This document shows, piece after piece, positions 51,366-62,254 of a DNA stretch of 64,000 nt. The DNA is taken from contig CAOJUB010000008.1 of the NCBI GenBank assembly GCA_948443805.1, positions 5,622 through 69,621 of the forward strand, in the 5' to 3' direction. How positions within the stretch are numbered: position 1 is the stretch's first letter; each line of letters begins with the position of its first letter. The stretch is from an uncultured Clostridia bacterium (lineage in GTDB: Bacteria > Bacillota > Clostridia > Oscillospirales > UBA644). Both the position numbers and the translations under genes were made by a program. The notes beneath the pieces are model-generated. The model searched no databases. It had not been told where the DNA came from and worked only from the letters and a program-made list of their open reading frames with translations.

Positions 51366-52280
51366 ATGAAAAATCTTATTGATATTCTCGATTTATCAAC
51401 CGAAGAAATCGACCAACTGATTCAAACAGCAAACGATATCATAGAAAATCCTGAAAAATACAGCGAAAAATGCCGTGGAAAAAAACTGGCGACCCTCTTT
51501 TTTGAACCCTCGACAAGAACAAGGCTGAGTTTTGAAGCTGCCATGTATGAATTGGGCGGCAATGTTCTCGGTTTTTCCGAAGCGCAAAGCTCTTCTGCGG
51601 CAAAAGGCGAAAGCGTTGCCGACACCGCCAAAACCATATCCTGTTATGCCGATATCATCGCCATGCGGCATCCCAAAGAAGGCGCGCCGCTTGTTGCTTC
51701 TCAAAAAGCAACAGTTCCGGTAATTAACGCAGGGGACGGCGGACACAACCATCCCACCCAGACACTGACCGACCTGCTGACCATTCAGCGGGAAATGCAC
51801 CGGCTCGGCAATTTCACCATCGGCTTTTGCGGAGACCTGAAATTCGGGCGGACGGTTCATTCCCTGATCGCCGCGCTTTCCCGGTATGAAAATATCAAGG
51901 TGGTGCTGATTTCCCCCGAAGAATTGAAACTGCCCAGTTATGTCAAGAAGGATATTCTTCTCAAAAAAGGGATTGAATACCGCCAGACAACCGATTTGGA
52001 ATCAGTTATGCCGCAGCTCGACGTTTTATATATGACAAGAGTTCAGCGGGAACGCTTTTTCAGCGAAGAGGAATATTTGCGGCTCAAAGACAGCTATATT
52101 CTGACGCCGGAAAAGCTGAAAAACGCAAAAAAAGAGCTGGCAATCATGCACCCTCTCCCCCGTGTGAATGAAATATCCGTTGCCATCGACGACGACCCGC
52201 GCGCCTGCTACTTTAAACAGGTTCTGAACGGAAAATATATCCGGATGGCTCTGATTCTGAAACTGCTGGAGGTAGAATAA
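51366..52280 (+). CDS. pyrB: Aspartate carbamoyltransferase catalytic subunit
   Basis: [23 protein letters not shown]. Confidence 0.96.
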   Translation: MKNLIDILDLSTEEIDQLIQTANDIIENPEKYSEKCRGKKLATLFFEPSTRTRLSFEAAMYELGGNVLGFSEAQSSSAAKGESVADTAKTISCYADIIAMRHPKEGAPLVASQKATVPVINAGDGGHNHPTQTLTDLLTIQREMHRLGNFTIGFCGDLKFGRTVHSLIAALSRYENIKVVLISPEELKLPSYVKKDILLKKGIEYRQTTDLESVMPQLDVLYMTRVQRERFFSEEEYLRLKDSYILTPEKLKNAKKELAIMHPLPRVNEISVAIDDDPRACYFKQVLNGKYIRMALILKLLEVE

Positions 52281-52703
52281 ATGAAAATTGATGCAATTAA
52301 AAACGGCATTGTGCTGGATCATATCAAAGCCGGAACCGGCATGATTCTCTATCAGTTTCTGAAACTGGATGACCTTGACTGTCCGGTCGCGCTGATCAAA
52401 AACGCGTCCAGCAAAAAACTCGGAAAAAAAGACATTATCAAGATCGATTCCTCCGAATATAACCTCGATCTTGACGTTATCGGCTTTATTGATCCGGAAA
52501 TTACCGTAGATATTATAAAAAACGGCGTTCTCTGTGAAAAACGGCACCTGGAACTTCCCGAAAAGCTGACCAATATTCTGACCTGCAAAAATCCCCGCTG
52601 CATTACTTCGGTCGAACAGGAACTGCCGCACATCTTCCACCTGACCGACCGGGAAAACAAAATTTACCGCTGCGCTTACTGCGAGGCAAAAGCAAAAAGT
52701 TAA
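52281..52703 (+). CDS. pyrI: Aspartate carbamoyltransferase regulatory subunit
   Basis: IKNGIVLDHI, KKDIIK, CKNPRCIT, CAYCE Zn site. Confidence 0.93.
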   Translation: MKIDAIKNGIVLDHIKAGTGMILYQFLKLDDLDCPVALIKNASSKKLGKKDIIKIDSSEYNLDLDVIGFIDPEITVDIIKNGVLCEKRHLELPEKLTNILTCKNPRCITSVEQELPHIFHLTDRENKIYRCAYCEAKAKS

Positions 52704-52775
52704 AAACAACGAAAAAAAAGAAACGTCTTTCGGTGAAAATCCCGAAAGACGTTTTTTCTCTTATAAAACCCTTCG

Positions 52776-53231
52776 TTACGAATGCGCTTCCTCCGCTTCA
52801 CACCCGCAGCCGCTGCAGCAGCCATCGCAGGAGTTTTTCAAACCGAACATCGCCGGATCCAACCCCTGCCGGCGGTAATAATCGGAAAGCGCCGCATGCA
52901 CGGCCTCTTCCGCCAGAACCGAACAATGCAGTTTCACTGCCGGCAGCCCGTCAAGCGCTTCCACAACGGCCTTGTTGGTCAGCTGCATGGCCTCTTCCAC
53001 GCTTTTGCCTTTAATCAACTCCGTCGCCATCGAAGAGGTTGCGATCGCCGCTCCGCAGCCAAACGTTTTAAATTTGATATCCTGAATCACGTTATCCTCG
53101 ATTTTCAGATACATTTTCATAATATCGCCGCACTTCGCGTTTCCAACTTCGCCGACTCCGTTTGCATCCGGAATTTCACCGACATTTCTCGGATTGGCGA
53201 AATGATCCATTACCTTTTCGCTGTATATCAT
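52776..53231 (-). CDS. nifU: Fe-S scaffold NifU/IscU
   Basis: YSEKVMDHF.NPRN, CGD, FGCGAAIA, KLHCS. Cys-rich tail. Confidence 0.94.
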   Translation of the reverse strand: MIYSEKVMDHFANPRNVGEIPDANGVGEVGNAKCGDIMKMYLKIEDNVIQDIKFKTFGCGAAIATSSMATELIKGKSVEEAMQLTNKAVVEALDGLPAVKLHCSVLAEEAVHAALSDYYRRQGLDPAMFGLKNSCDGCCSGCGCEAEEAHS

Positions 53232-53290
53232 ATCGTTCTTTCCTTCCTTTGTTTTAAATCCTTTTTTCTTCAATTTCCGGGAAAAGAACT

Positions 53291-54457
53291 TTATCCTTCT
53301 TTCTTTTCCACCTTTTCCCAAAGCGGAGACATGGCCCGAAGCCGGGCGATAATCTGCGGGAATTTTTCAAGAATATAATCCACTTCTTCTTCGGTATTCT
53401 GTCCGCAGAGACTCAACCGGACAGACCCGTGCGCCGTTTCATGATCCAGCCCCAGAGCCAGCAGAACATGCGAAGGATCAAGAGACCCGGACGTGCAGGC
53501 AGAACCGGAGGAAGCGCAAATACCGTTCATATCCAGCATCAGGAGAATCGATTCCCCTTCCAGATACTGAACCGAAACATTGACCATTCCTGGCAGGCAA
53601 TTCTCTGCGGGAGAATTTCTCCGGCAATACGGAACGGTATCTAAAATCCCGTTTATCAGCTTGTCCCGCAGGGCGGAAAGTTTTTTCATTTTATCCTCAA
53701 GGCCGGTCACTGCTTTCTCAAGCGCAAGGCTCATTCCATAAGCGGCGGGAACATTTTCAGTACCCGGACGTCTGCCCTTTTCCTGCGCTCCGCCCTGCAT
53801 CAGGTTCGGAAGCAGCAACCCTTTTCTGACATAAAGAGCCCCTACGCCCTTCGGCGCGCTGAATTTATGGCCGGAAAGGCTCAACATGTCCACACCGAGT
53901 TCCTTAACGTCAACCGGTATATGTCCGACGGCCTGAACCGCATCGGTATGAAATAAAACGTTGCGGCGGTGCGCAATGTCAGCAAGCTGCCGGATCGGCT
54001 GAATAGAACCGATCTCATTATTGGCCATCATCACGGTAACCAGAACCGTATCTTCCCGGATTGCCTTTTCTAGGTCTTCGCAGGAAACAAACCCCTGTTC
54101 GTTTACCGGCAGATACGTAACATCGAAATCGCCCTTTTCCAGCGTATGAAGAACGGCGTGATGTTCAATTGCAGACGTAATGATATGTCTGCCCTTCGCC
54201 GCTTTTTTTTTCGCCGCCCCAAGAATGGCCCAGTTATCTGCCTCGGTTCCCCCTGAAGTAAAATAAATCTCGTCGGGAAGCGCATTCAGGGCTTTTGCCG
54301 TCCGGTCCCGCGCTTCTTTTAAAACAAAAAAAGCATCGCGGCCGGCCGTATGAATACTGCTCGGATTCCCGTACGTTTCGGTAAATACCGGCAGCATTTT
54401 TTCCAGAATCTCCGGATCGGTTCTTGTGGTCGCGGCATTATCTGCGTAAACCCTCAT
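53291..54457 (-). CDS. nifS: Cysteine desulfurase NifS/IscS
   Basis: YADNAATT, SGGTEADN, SGHKF, SSGSACTS. Confidence 0.94.
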   Translation of the reverse strand: MRVYADNAATTRTDPEILEKMLPVFTETYGNPSSIHTAGRDAFFVLKEARDRTAKALNALPDEIYFTSGGTEADNWAILGAAKKKAAKGRHIITSAIEHHAVLHTLEKGDFDVTYLPVNEQGFVSCEDLEKAIREDTVLVTVMMANNEIGSIQPIRQLADIAHRRNVLFHTDAVQAVGHIPVDVKELGVDMLSLSGHKFSAPKGVGALYVRKGLLLPNLMQGGAQEKGRRPGTENVPAAYGMSLALEKAVTGLEDKMKKLSALRDKLINGILDTVPYCRRNSPAENCLPGMVNVSVQYLEGESILLMLDMNGICASSGSACTSGSLDPSHVLLALGLDHETAHGSVRLSLCGQNTEEEVDYILEKFPQIIARLRAMSPLWEKVEKKEG

Positions 54458-54688
54458 ATAAAAAAATCACCTTTCTTAACTACAAATCATAGCAATAAAA
54501 ACAGACGGTCCGGCATTTTCATCTTCGGTAAGCCAAAACAAACTGTTTTCGATACCATTGTAGCACAGTGTGCCGGAGAAGTCAATACCGGACAATTTTT
54601 ATTCAGAAAAAATACAACAGAATTTAACATATTGGATTAATAGGTTAATCGGAAGTAATAACTCTTTTCAAAAAACCCAAACCGACAG

Positions 54689-56071
54689 TTACGAAAGCGC
54701 TTCCACAATTTTTTTGAAATGATTGCCTCTCGCCTCAAAGTTCGGATATAAATCAAAGCTGGCAGAAACCGGTGAAAGATAAACTTTATCTCCCGGCACA
54801 GCCGCCTGCGCCGCCTGCGCCACGGCGTCCTCCAGAGTTTCCGCATGAAGAATTTTTAATTTTCCGGCGTCGAAATCCGGATGTTCGCGAACCACTTTTT
54901 CAATTTTCGGCCCGGTCGCTCCCATCACAATCAGAACTTTCACTTTTTCAATCGCATACGGCGCAAACGGTTCATACGGAATCTTTTTGTCATATCCGCC
55001 GGCGATCAGAATAATCTTTTCTTTCTGCGCTTTCAGGCAGGCAATGGTTCTTGTCGGGGAAGTTGCGATCGAATCGTTGTAAAACAAAACGCCGTTTCTT
55101 TCCCGGACAAACTCCATACGGTGCTCCACACCGCCGAAAGTCTCGGCCACCTTTTTAATCGATTCCGGTGAAACAATCCCCTTTGTCGCCGCTGCGGCCG
55201 TCAAATAATTTTCGAGATTATGATCGCCCGGCAGAAGAATCGAATCGCGGTTCATGACAAAAATATCCGCTTCACCGCCGGAAAGATATACATCCCCGTT
55301 TTCATCGCAGTAAGCGCCGTCAACGCGGTGCTGCCGCGAAAAGAAATTCACTTCTCCCTTTGCTTCCGCAATAAACGGCGAAAGAATTTCATTATCGGCG
55401 TTCAGCGTCAGCCGGCAGGAGGAATCCTGATACCGGAAAATATTTTTTTTCGCATCAACATATTCATCCATTGATGTGTGCCAGTCCAGATGATTCGGCG
55501 CAATATTGGTGATTACGGCAATTTTCGGACTTTTTTTCATGGTATGAAGCTGGAAAGATGACAGTTCCACAACGGCATAATCGTTCGGTTCGATCTGAAA
55601 AATATCCGGCAGAAGCGGCCGGCCGATATTGCCGCCGAGATGACACCGGAAGCCCTCGGCCTCCAAAAATTTTGAAATCAGCGTCGTCGTTGTCGATTTT
55701 CCGTCGCTGCCGGTAACGGCAATAACCGGACAGGGGCAAAGCTCAAAAAACATCTCCATTTCGGAGGTCACAACCCCGCCGCGTCCGGCAAAAGCCCGGA
55801 TCTCCGGACGGTCGGTGCGCATGCCCGGTGTTTTGAACAAAATATCGCCTTCCAGGCCAGAAAGATACTCTTCTCCCAAACAGAATTCCACGCCGAGAGC
55901 CGAATATTTTTCCGCCGTTTCGCCCAATTCTTCCCGGCTTTTTTTATCGCACACGCGAACCTTTGCCCCGTGTTCCAACAAAAGAGGCAAAAGCGGTTTA
56001 TGGCTCACGCCCAATCCGAGCAAAACCACTTTTTTACCGGAAAGGCTGTTAAAATATTCCGTAGCGTTCAT
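54689..56071 (-). CDS. murD: UDP-MurNAc-L-Ala:D-Glu ligase
   Basis: VTGSDGKSTT, ELSSFQL, GVEHRME, NDSIAT, SPVSASFD. Confidence 0.94.
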   Translation of the reverse strand: MNATEYFNSLSGKKVVLLGLGVSHKPLLPLLLEHGAKVRVCDKKSREELGETAEKYSALGVEFCLGEEYLSGLEGDILFKTPGMRTDRPEIRAFAGRGGVVTSEMEMFFELCPCPVIAVTGSDGKSTTTTLISKFLEAEGFRCHLGGNIGRPLLPDIFQIEPNDYAVVELSSFQLHTMKKSPKIAVITNIAPNHLDWHTSMDEYVDAKKNIFRYQDSSCRLTLNADNEILSPFIAEAKGEVNFFSRQHRVDGAYCDENGDVYLSGGEADIFVMNRDSILLPGDHNLENYLTAAAATKGIVSPESIKKVAETFGGVEHRMEFVRERNGVLFYNDSIATSPTRTIACLKAQKEKIILIAGGYDKKIPYEPFAPYAIEKVKVLIVMGATGPKIEKVVREHPDFDAGKLKILHAETLEDAVAQAAQAAVPGDKVYLSPVSASFDLYPNFEARGNHFKKIVEALS

Positions 56072-56118
56072 AGATAACTCTCCCATTCATCAATTCCGGG
56101 GTTGCCGGCGTTCTTTCA

Positions 56119-57789
56119 TTAAATACTTTTGATCACAGGCAGGATCATCGGTTTGCGTTTGGTCTGTTCATAAATATATTTGGCCAGCTGATCGCGGAGC
56201 TTCCCTTTCGCGTTGTAAATCCACTCGTCATACCCTTCGCCGGCACAGCCTTCCACCACATGTACGGTAATATCCTTCAATTTTTTGGTCAGCCCCTGAT
56301 TTTCTTTGATATAGACAAAACCGCGGGTCAAAATCTCCGGATCGGTCATCAGCGTATGCGATTCTTCATCAACCACCGCAACAACCGCGATCAATCCGTC
56401 CTGCGAAAGATGTTTTCTGTCACGAAGAACGATATTGCCGACGTCGCCGACGCCGATTCCGTCAACCAGGATTTTTCCTGCCGGCACATTGCCCGCAACC
56501 TTAATGGTTTTCGAATCCAATTCTATTATATTCCCGATATCGCCGACTATGATACGGTCGCTCTGAATCCCCATGGATTTCGCCAGCTGCGCATGCTTTT
56601 TCAGATGCCGGTATTCCCCGTGCACCGGAATAAAATAACGGGGATTGGTCAGCCCGAGAATCAGCCGGAGTTCCTCCTGGCAGGCATGACCCGAAACATG
56701 AACTTCGGCAAAAGACTCGTAAACGACCTCCGCACCCGAACGGAACAATTCGTTCACTACCCGGTTGACCAGCTTTTCATTTCCCGGAATCGCGTTGGCC
56801 GAAATTATAATTAAATCATGATTATTGATTTCCACCATTTTATGATCCAGATAAGCCATCCGGTACAGCGCCGACATCGGCTCGCCCTGGCTTCCGGTTG
56901 TAATAATCACCATTTTTTCCGGCGGATATTTATTCACCTGACTGATATCGACAATCACGTTTTCGGGAATATCCATATACCCCAGCTGCCGGGCGACTTC
57001 AAGAATCGTCACCATACTACGGCCGACAACCGCCACTTTCCGCTTATTGGCAATCGCAAGATTGATAATCTGCTGCACCCGATCCACGTTTGAAGCAAAA
57101 GTCGCGACAAGGATTCGCCGTTTATCGGCACGCCGGAAAATCGAACTCAGCGATTCGCCGACCTTTCTTTCGCTCATTGCAAAACCGGGACGTTCGGCGT
57201 TTGTCGAATCCATCATCAGCGCAAGAAGCCCGTTTTTGCCGATCTCACCCAGGCGCGCCAAATCGATCATCTCGCCCTGAACCGGCGAAACATCGATTTT
57301 AAAATCTCCCATGTGCAACACCGTACCGCACGGCGTGTGGATCGCAATCGCCGCTGCATCGGCAATCGAATGGTTTACATGAATATATTCCAGTTTGAAC
57401 AGCCCGCATTCAATCACATCGCCGGCCGAAACCTGCATGAGCCGCGCTTTATGCTCCAGCTTGAATTCCTTCAGTTTATTGGCGATAATACCAAGCGTCA
57501 ACCGGGTTCCGTAGATCGGAACGTCGATCTGCCGCAGCAGATACGGAATCGCGCCGATGTGATCTTCATGACCGTGCGTAATAAAAACAGCGCGGAACCG
57601 GTCTTTATTTTTGATCAGATACTGCATATCCGGAATGACGTAATCAACGCCGGGCATCTCATCGTCGGGGAAAAGAAGACCGCAGTCGATCGCGATCATA
57701 TCCTTTCCGCATTCGATAACGGTCAGGTTTTTACCGATTTCATTGAGTCCGCCCAGCGGAATAATTCTAATTTTTTCTAATTTTTTCAA
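56119..57789 (-). CDS. rnj: Ribonuclease J
   Basis: PLGGLNEIGKN, THGHEDHIG, HVSGHA, PVHGEYRH. TTG start with GGAGG. Confidence 0.96.
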   Translation of the reverse strand: MKKLEKIRIIPLGGLNEIGKNLTVIECGKDMIAIDCGLLFPDDEMPGVDYVIPDMQYLIKNKDRFRAVFITHGHEDHIGAIPYLLRQIDVPIYGTRLTLGIIANKLKEFKLEHKARLMQVSAGDVIECGLFKLEYIHVNHSIADAAAIAIHTPCGTVLHMGDFKIDVSPVQGEMIDLARLGEIGKNGLLALMMDSTNAERPGFAMSERKVGESLSSIFRRADKRRILVATFASNVDRVQQIINLAIANKRKVAVVGRSMVTILEVARQLGYMDIPENVIVDISQVNKYPPEKMVIITTGSQGEPMSALYRMAYLDHKMVEINNHDLIIISANAIPGNEKLVNRVVNELFRSGAEVVYESFAEVHVSGHACQEELRLILGLTNPRYFIPVHGEYRHLKKHAQLAKSMGIQSDRIIVGDIGNIIELDSKTIKVAGNVPAGKILVDGIGVGDVGNIVLRDRKHLSQDGLIAVVAVVDEESHTLMTDPEILTRGFVYIKENQGLTKKLKDITVHVVEGCAGEGYDEWIYNAKGKLRDQLAKYIYEQTKRKPMILPVIKSI

Positions 57790-57920
57790 AAAGATACCTC
57801 CATTAAATATACCTGAGTATTTTTATTTTCATTCAAAAACCCGCCGTTCTTTTCCGGGCGGGCAAGCCTGATTCATTGTTATGTACGGAGACTCCGCAGA
57901 ATCTCCGAAAAAAGATTGCT

Positions 57921-60158
57921 TTAATTCTCTGTTTTTTTGCCGTTTATTTTTTTTTCGTAAAAACGGCAGATCTCATCGGCAGCTTCCATGCTCTCCGCTT
58001 CGGCATACAGCCGAAACCGCTCGGCGCATTTTTCGGGAACGATCAGAACACCGCTGCTCTTTCCGGGAAAAAACAACCGAATGCCTTCAACAAATTCCCC
58101 GTCCTGCCGGCTTTCTTCCGAAAGTCCCCGCATGATCGCCGCCTTGCTGCCGGAAATATCCACCGTGCGCGACAAAGACGAAAAAGAAGGAAGACCTGCC
58201 GCAATCTCGCCAAACGAACACTGCTTTAGCGACAGATACCGGAAAAGGATCGCAGCAGCGATATCCATATCGGTAATCTCATACATCAGCCGCCGGTTTT
58301 CCGACTCGAGCGTGAGCCGTTCCACCGAAAAACCGTTTTGTCTGGCAACCTCATCGCAGATAAAAGGATAATGATACGGCAAATAGACCTTTCCGAAAAA
58401 ATATCCGAAAACATACGTCAGAACCGCTTTTACCTGTTCCGGCGTATAGGCCTGTTCCGATCTCCCGTCCGCCGAAATTTTCCGGACAAAGATTTCATCC
58501 TCGCCGACAAATATCCGTTCCAGCCCACGGGCATTCTTAACAATCAGATGTTCCGACAGCACCGTCGGCGCGATTACAAGCGCCTTAATCGGCCGCTGCC
58601 GGCCAAGCAGCGCCTTAATATGCCGGCGATACAGCGTTTTAAAACCGTCGAACGGCCGCAGAGAACCCTTCCCTTCCCGGATATCTCCGGAAGAAAAAAC
58701 GCGCTCAAAATCCCGTTCGGTATTCCGTCCCGGCGGCAGCCCGTCGCTTTCAAAAAACCAGACCGTTGTTTCCTTTTCATCGCAGGAAAAAAACACGCCG
58801 CCCCGAAAACCGTATTTCCGTACCGTATAGCGAAGCATATTTTTGCTGCATTCGCCCATATCAAAAATTCCGCAGCCGGTACCCACCAGCCCTGCGTTAA
58901 AAGACATTTCAGAAGACAGACAGTCCGACGCCGATATTCCTACGGCAATATTGCCGTGCAGAACCGTTCCGAATGCCGCGCCGGCTTTCATATAATGAGA
59001 AGAATCAAAAAACTCAATCCGGGGGAACACCATTTTCCCGCCGTCCAGCGCCGGCTCGCCGCAATAGGTAAAAATATTGCCGCTGATCTGTGCATTCTCC
59101 GGAATTTCATTATCGGCATGAATCTTCGTATTCGCCGCCACAACCGCGCCCCGTCCAACACGGCAGTTTTTCCCGATCACGGAAAACTCACCCACAGAGG
59201 CGCCGTTTTCAATCCGGCAATCCGGGCAGACAACCCCAAACCGAACCGAAGCATTTTCCCCCACGGTCACGCCGTCCATCAAAACCGAATTTTCAATCCG
59301 CGCGCCTCTGCCAATCCGGCAACGGCTGCCGATTACCGTATTCGGTCCGATAACGGCGCCGGAAATCTCCGAATCTTTTCCCACCATGCAGGGCTCATAA
59401 AAAAACGCGTCTTTTCCTTTGGCGGGCGCCGCTTCCGACCAGAGAGGCGATTGTATTTTCCCGGACGCATAGTCGATATTCGCCTGCAGATAGGCGCGGC
59501 AGTCGCCGATATCGCACCAATAACCGTCCATCAGTTTTCCGTATATCGGAACGTTTTCTTTCATCATCAGGGGAAACACGTCTTTGGAAAAATCGCACAT
59601 TGAGTCTTTGAGCCGGATATAATCAAAAATCCGCCGGCTGAAAAGATAAATTCCCGTATTGACCGTATCGGAATACGCCCGGCTCCAGGAAGGTTTTTCA
59701 ATAAAGCGCGACACCCGGAAATCCTCTTCCAGCAAAGCCACGCCATATTCCAGCGGTTCTTTGACGCGTGTAAAGACGATTGACGCAACGCCCCCGTTTG
59801 CCGCATGAAAATCGATCGCTTCCGAAAGATTAAAATCACACAGACAGTCGCCGCTGATAACCAGAAAATCCCCGTCAAGAAAATCCGAACAGTTTTTCAC
59901 CGAACCCGCCGTGCCCATCGGCGTGCTTTCTTCAAAGAACCGGAGATTCACGTCCCGGCAGTCGCCGAGCGCCTCCCGGATCAATTCGCCTTTATACATC
60001 AGTGAAATACCGATATCGGTAATCCCGTGTTTTTTCAGTAAAGAAATAATATGCTTGATACATGGCGCCCCGCCGATCGGGGCAAGCGGTTTCGGCAGCA
60101 GATCGGTCACAGGGCTTAGCCTTTTCCCCATTCCGCCGGCCATAATAACCGCCTTCAT
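57921..60158 (-). CDS. Sugar-1-phosphate nucleotidyltransferase (mannose-1-P guanylyltransferase-like) fused to a degenerate phosphomutase-like region
   Basis: AVIMAGGMGKRL, PKPLAPI, FIEKP, YWCDIG, hexapeptide repeats. The C-half is PMM-like without TASHNP. Confidence 0.8.
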   Translation of the reverse strand: MKAVIMAGGMGKRLSPVTDLLPKPLAPIGGAPCIKHIISLLKKHGITDIGISLMYKGELIREALGDCRDVNLRFFEESTPMGTAGSVKNCSDFLDGDFLVISGDCLCDFNLSEAIDFHAANGGVASIVFTRVKEPLEYGVALLEEDFRVSRFIEKPSWSRAYSDTVNTGIYLFSRRIFDYIRLKDSMCDFSKDVFPLMMKENVPIYGKLMDGYWCDIGDCRAYLQANIDYASGKIQSPLWSEAAPAKGKDAFFYEPCMVGKDSEISGAVIGPNTVIGSRCRIGRGARIENSVLMDGVTVGENASVRFGVVCPDCRIENGASVGEFSVIGKNCRVGRGAVVAANTKIHADNEIPENAQISGNIFTYCGEPALDGGKMVFPRIEFFDSSHYMKAGAAFGTVLHGNIAVGISASDCLSSEMSFNAGLVGTGCGIFDMGECSKNMLRYTVRKYGFRGGVFFSCDEKETTVWFFESDGLPPGRNTERDFERVFSSGDIREGKGSLRPFDGFKTLYRRHIKALLGRQRPIKALVIAPTVLSEHLIVKNARGLERIFVGEDEIFVRKISADGRSEQAYTPEQVKAVLTYVFGYFFGKVYLPYHYPFICDEVARQNGFSVERLTLESENRRLMYEITDMDIAAAILFRYLSLKQCSFGEIAAGLPSFSSLSRTVDISGSKAAIMRGLSEESRQDGEFVEGIRLFFPGKSSGVLIVPEKCAERFRLYAEAESMEAADEICRFYEKKINGKKTEN

Positions 60159-60290
60159 TTTTCTTTCTCCCATAAAAATCCGTCCTGTAATAAAGATATT
60201 TTTTATCTTTATTCTCTCCCGGAATTATGGAATTTATTCGGTTAAAAAACAAGAAAAACCATCATAAAACTGCGCAATACGGAATCAAAA

Positions 60291-60992
60291 TCATTCGCAC
60301 AGTTCAAACAAAACCGTCTTTGCATTGGCAAAGGCCGCTTTTTTCTCGTCCGACTGTTCCGCCACCGTGCCGGTAAAACTGCGAAGCGCAAGATACAAAG
60401 GCGCGTTGTCCAGCGCCAGTTCTTTTTTAATCGGCTCACCGACCAAAACCGCTTTTCCGTCAAACACCGCCGAATCTGCGATGCCGGAAAGATCCTCCAG
60501 CGCATCGATCGAAATCAGATACTCCAGCCCGCGCTCATCGCAAAGAAACAGCATAGTCTCCGCCGTTCGGACCAATGTGATAATTTTTTCTTTATTGTCC
60601 CGGGCGGCGTCGCTTTTATCTCCGTCCGGCCCGACATAGAGGTTTTCCACCTCAACCACCGTTTTTCCGTTACGGTTCACATCCGCCGAATACCCGGCAA
60701 GCAGCGCTTCCCACTTGGAGACCGCCGTTTTGTCCCCCTCGACAGAAACCGCCTGACCGTATTCATCGGTCACCAGTTTATAATTAACCGGTTTTTCGGT
60801 CACATACAAAACCAGCATATCATTTTTTTCCCGCGTGAAAAGAGTAAAAAACAAATACCCGATCACCGCAGCCAGCAAACAGAAAATAATCACAGGCAGC
60901 CGATAATAGTCCCAAAGCCGTCTGATTTTCTCCGACCGCGTCTCATGGGGGTCTACATACCGGTCGGCTTCTCTTTCCGTATACGCTGCCAT
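60291..60992 (-). CDS. Conserved-type single-pass membrane hypothetical protein
   Basis: LWDYYRLPVII TM segment and an extracellular domain. GAGGA-like RBS. Confidence 0.7.
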   Translation of the reverse strand: MAAYTEREADRYVDPHETRSEKIRRLWDYYRLPVIIFCLLAAVIGYLFFTLFTREKNDMLVLYVTEKPVNYKLVTDEYGQAVSVEGDKTAVSKWEALLAGYSADVNRNGKTVVEVENLYVGPDGDKSDAARDNKEKIITLVRTAETMLFLCDERGLEYLISIDALEDLSGIADSAVFDGKAVLVGEPIKKELALDNAPLYLALRSFTGTVAEQSDEKKAAFANAKTVLFELCE

Positions 60993-61235
60993 TTTCCGCT
61001 CCTATCCGCTACCTGTCCGTAACTCAGAAAATCTTTGATCGTTTCTTCGCGGCGGTTTCCCGCATCCGTTCTTCCGGCCTCAACAAACCGAAACCGCCGA
61101 TCTGAATATAATATTTTACCATATTTTACGGACTTTTTCAAGACTCCAGCCAAACGCAGAGTCAAATGTCATAAAAAAGTTTCACTCCGCCGGATTGTTC
61201 CGCCTTTTTGTCCGGCCTTCCGGCCTCAACGAACT

Positions 61236-62117
61236 TCACAGTTCCTCCGGCCAGAGCGGCATCTGCTCCGCTGCTGTTTTTTCTTCAAACGCAGACAAAA
61301 ACTGAAAAATTTTTCCGTTATCGTGCACCAGCCCGTATCTCTCGCATTTTTCATGAAACAAATGCATTAATTTTTCCTGGTTCGGGCTATCAAGCTCATA
61401 CCGGAGTCCGTAATTCCGGATATACCGTTCTTTCATTCCGGGGAAAAACCGGTCCAGCTGCCGGTAAAAATATTCCCGGTTTCCCTCCCGGAGCGTCAGC
61501 CCCATACCGAAATTAATCACGCCGTACACGCCCGCTTCGGCACACCAGTCCAAAATAGCGGCTATATTTTCTTCCGTATCGTTGATAAACGGCAGAATCG
61601 GAGAAAGCCAGACCACCGTGGGAATATTGGCGTCGCGCAGTTTTTTCAGCGCTTCAAACCGCGCCCTCGTTGTACAGACATTCGGTTCGATAATCCGGCA
61701 TAGCGCGTCGTCGGCCGTCGTCATCGTCATCTGCACCACGCATTTTGCCTTTTCATTGATTTTTTGCAGCAGATCAATATCCCGCAAAACCCGGTCGGAT
61801 TTGGTAATCAGCGTAAAACCGAAGCCGTACCGTTCAATCAGCGCCAGCGCCTTGCGAACCTGTTCCAGCTCCATCTCCAAAGGGATATACGGATCGGTCA
61901 TCGAACCGGCGCCGATCATACATTTCCGGCGTTTTTTCCGTAGCGCGCTTTCCAACAGCTCCAAGGCGTTTTTCTTCACCTCGATATCCTCAAACGGATG
62001 ATCGATATGATAACACCGGCTCCGGGAATCACAGTAAATACAGCCGTGCGAACAGCCGCGGTAGAGATTCATACCGTTCTTTGCCGATAAAATCCCCTTC
62101 ACTTCCGCAAAATGCAA
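61236..62117 (-). CDS. Radical SAM protein, spore-photoproduct-lyase/Rv2578c-like
   Basis: NLYRGCSHGCIYC, GSMTDPYIP, ITKSDRVLRD. TTG start after GAGG. Confidence 0.85.
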   Translation of the reverse strand: MHFAEVKGILSAKNGMNLYRGCSHGCIYCDSRSRCYHIDHPFEDIEVKKNALELLESALRKKRRKCMIGAGSMTDPYIPLEMELEQVRKALALIERYGFGFTLITKSDRVLRDIDLLQKINEKAKCVVQMTMTTADDALCRIIEPNVCTTRARFEALKKLRDANIPTVVWLSPILPFINDTEENIAAILDWCAEAGVYGVINFGMGLTLREGNREYFYRQLDRFFPGMKERYIRNYGLRYELDSPNQEKLMHLFHEKCERYGLVHDNGKIFQFLSAFEEKTAAEQMPLWPEEL

Positions 62118-62254
62118 GAGATACGCCTCCTCACCGCAATAATGCCGTTTTTCTGCACCGGACGACAATTTTCCTGTTTTTTCGGCGGCAAGTTCCGGCT
62201 TTTGCCATGTCCCTATGTGATACTGGTAAAAATCAAAACTATCAGGAGAAAATA

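Noticed and set aside
58338-59603. 421-aa plus-strand ORF
   Set aside because: Shadow of the nucleotidyltransferase gene.
61030-61090. GGUUUGUU-containing hairpin in the leader of the 60291-60992 gene as a fourth motif copy
   Set aside because: The motif sits in a different structural context, and AAACCG-type words are frequent in this genome.
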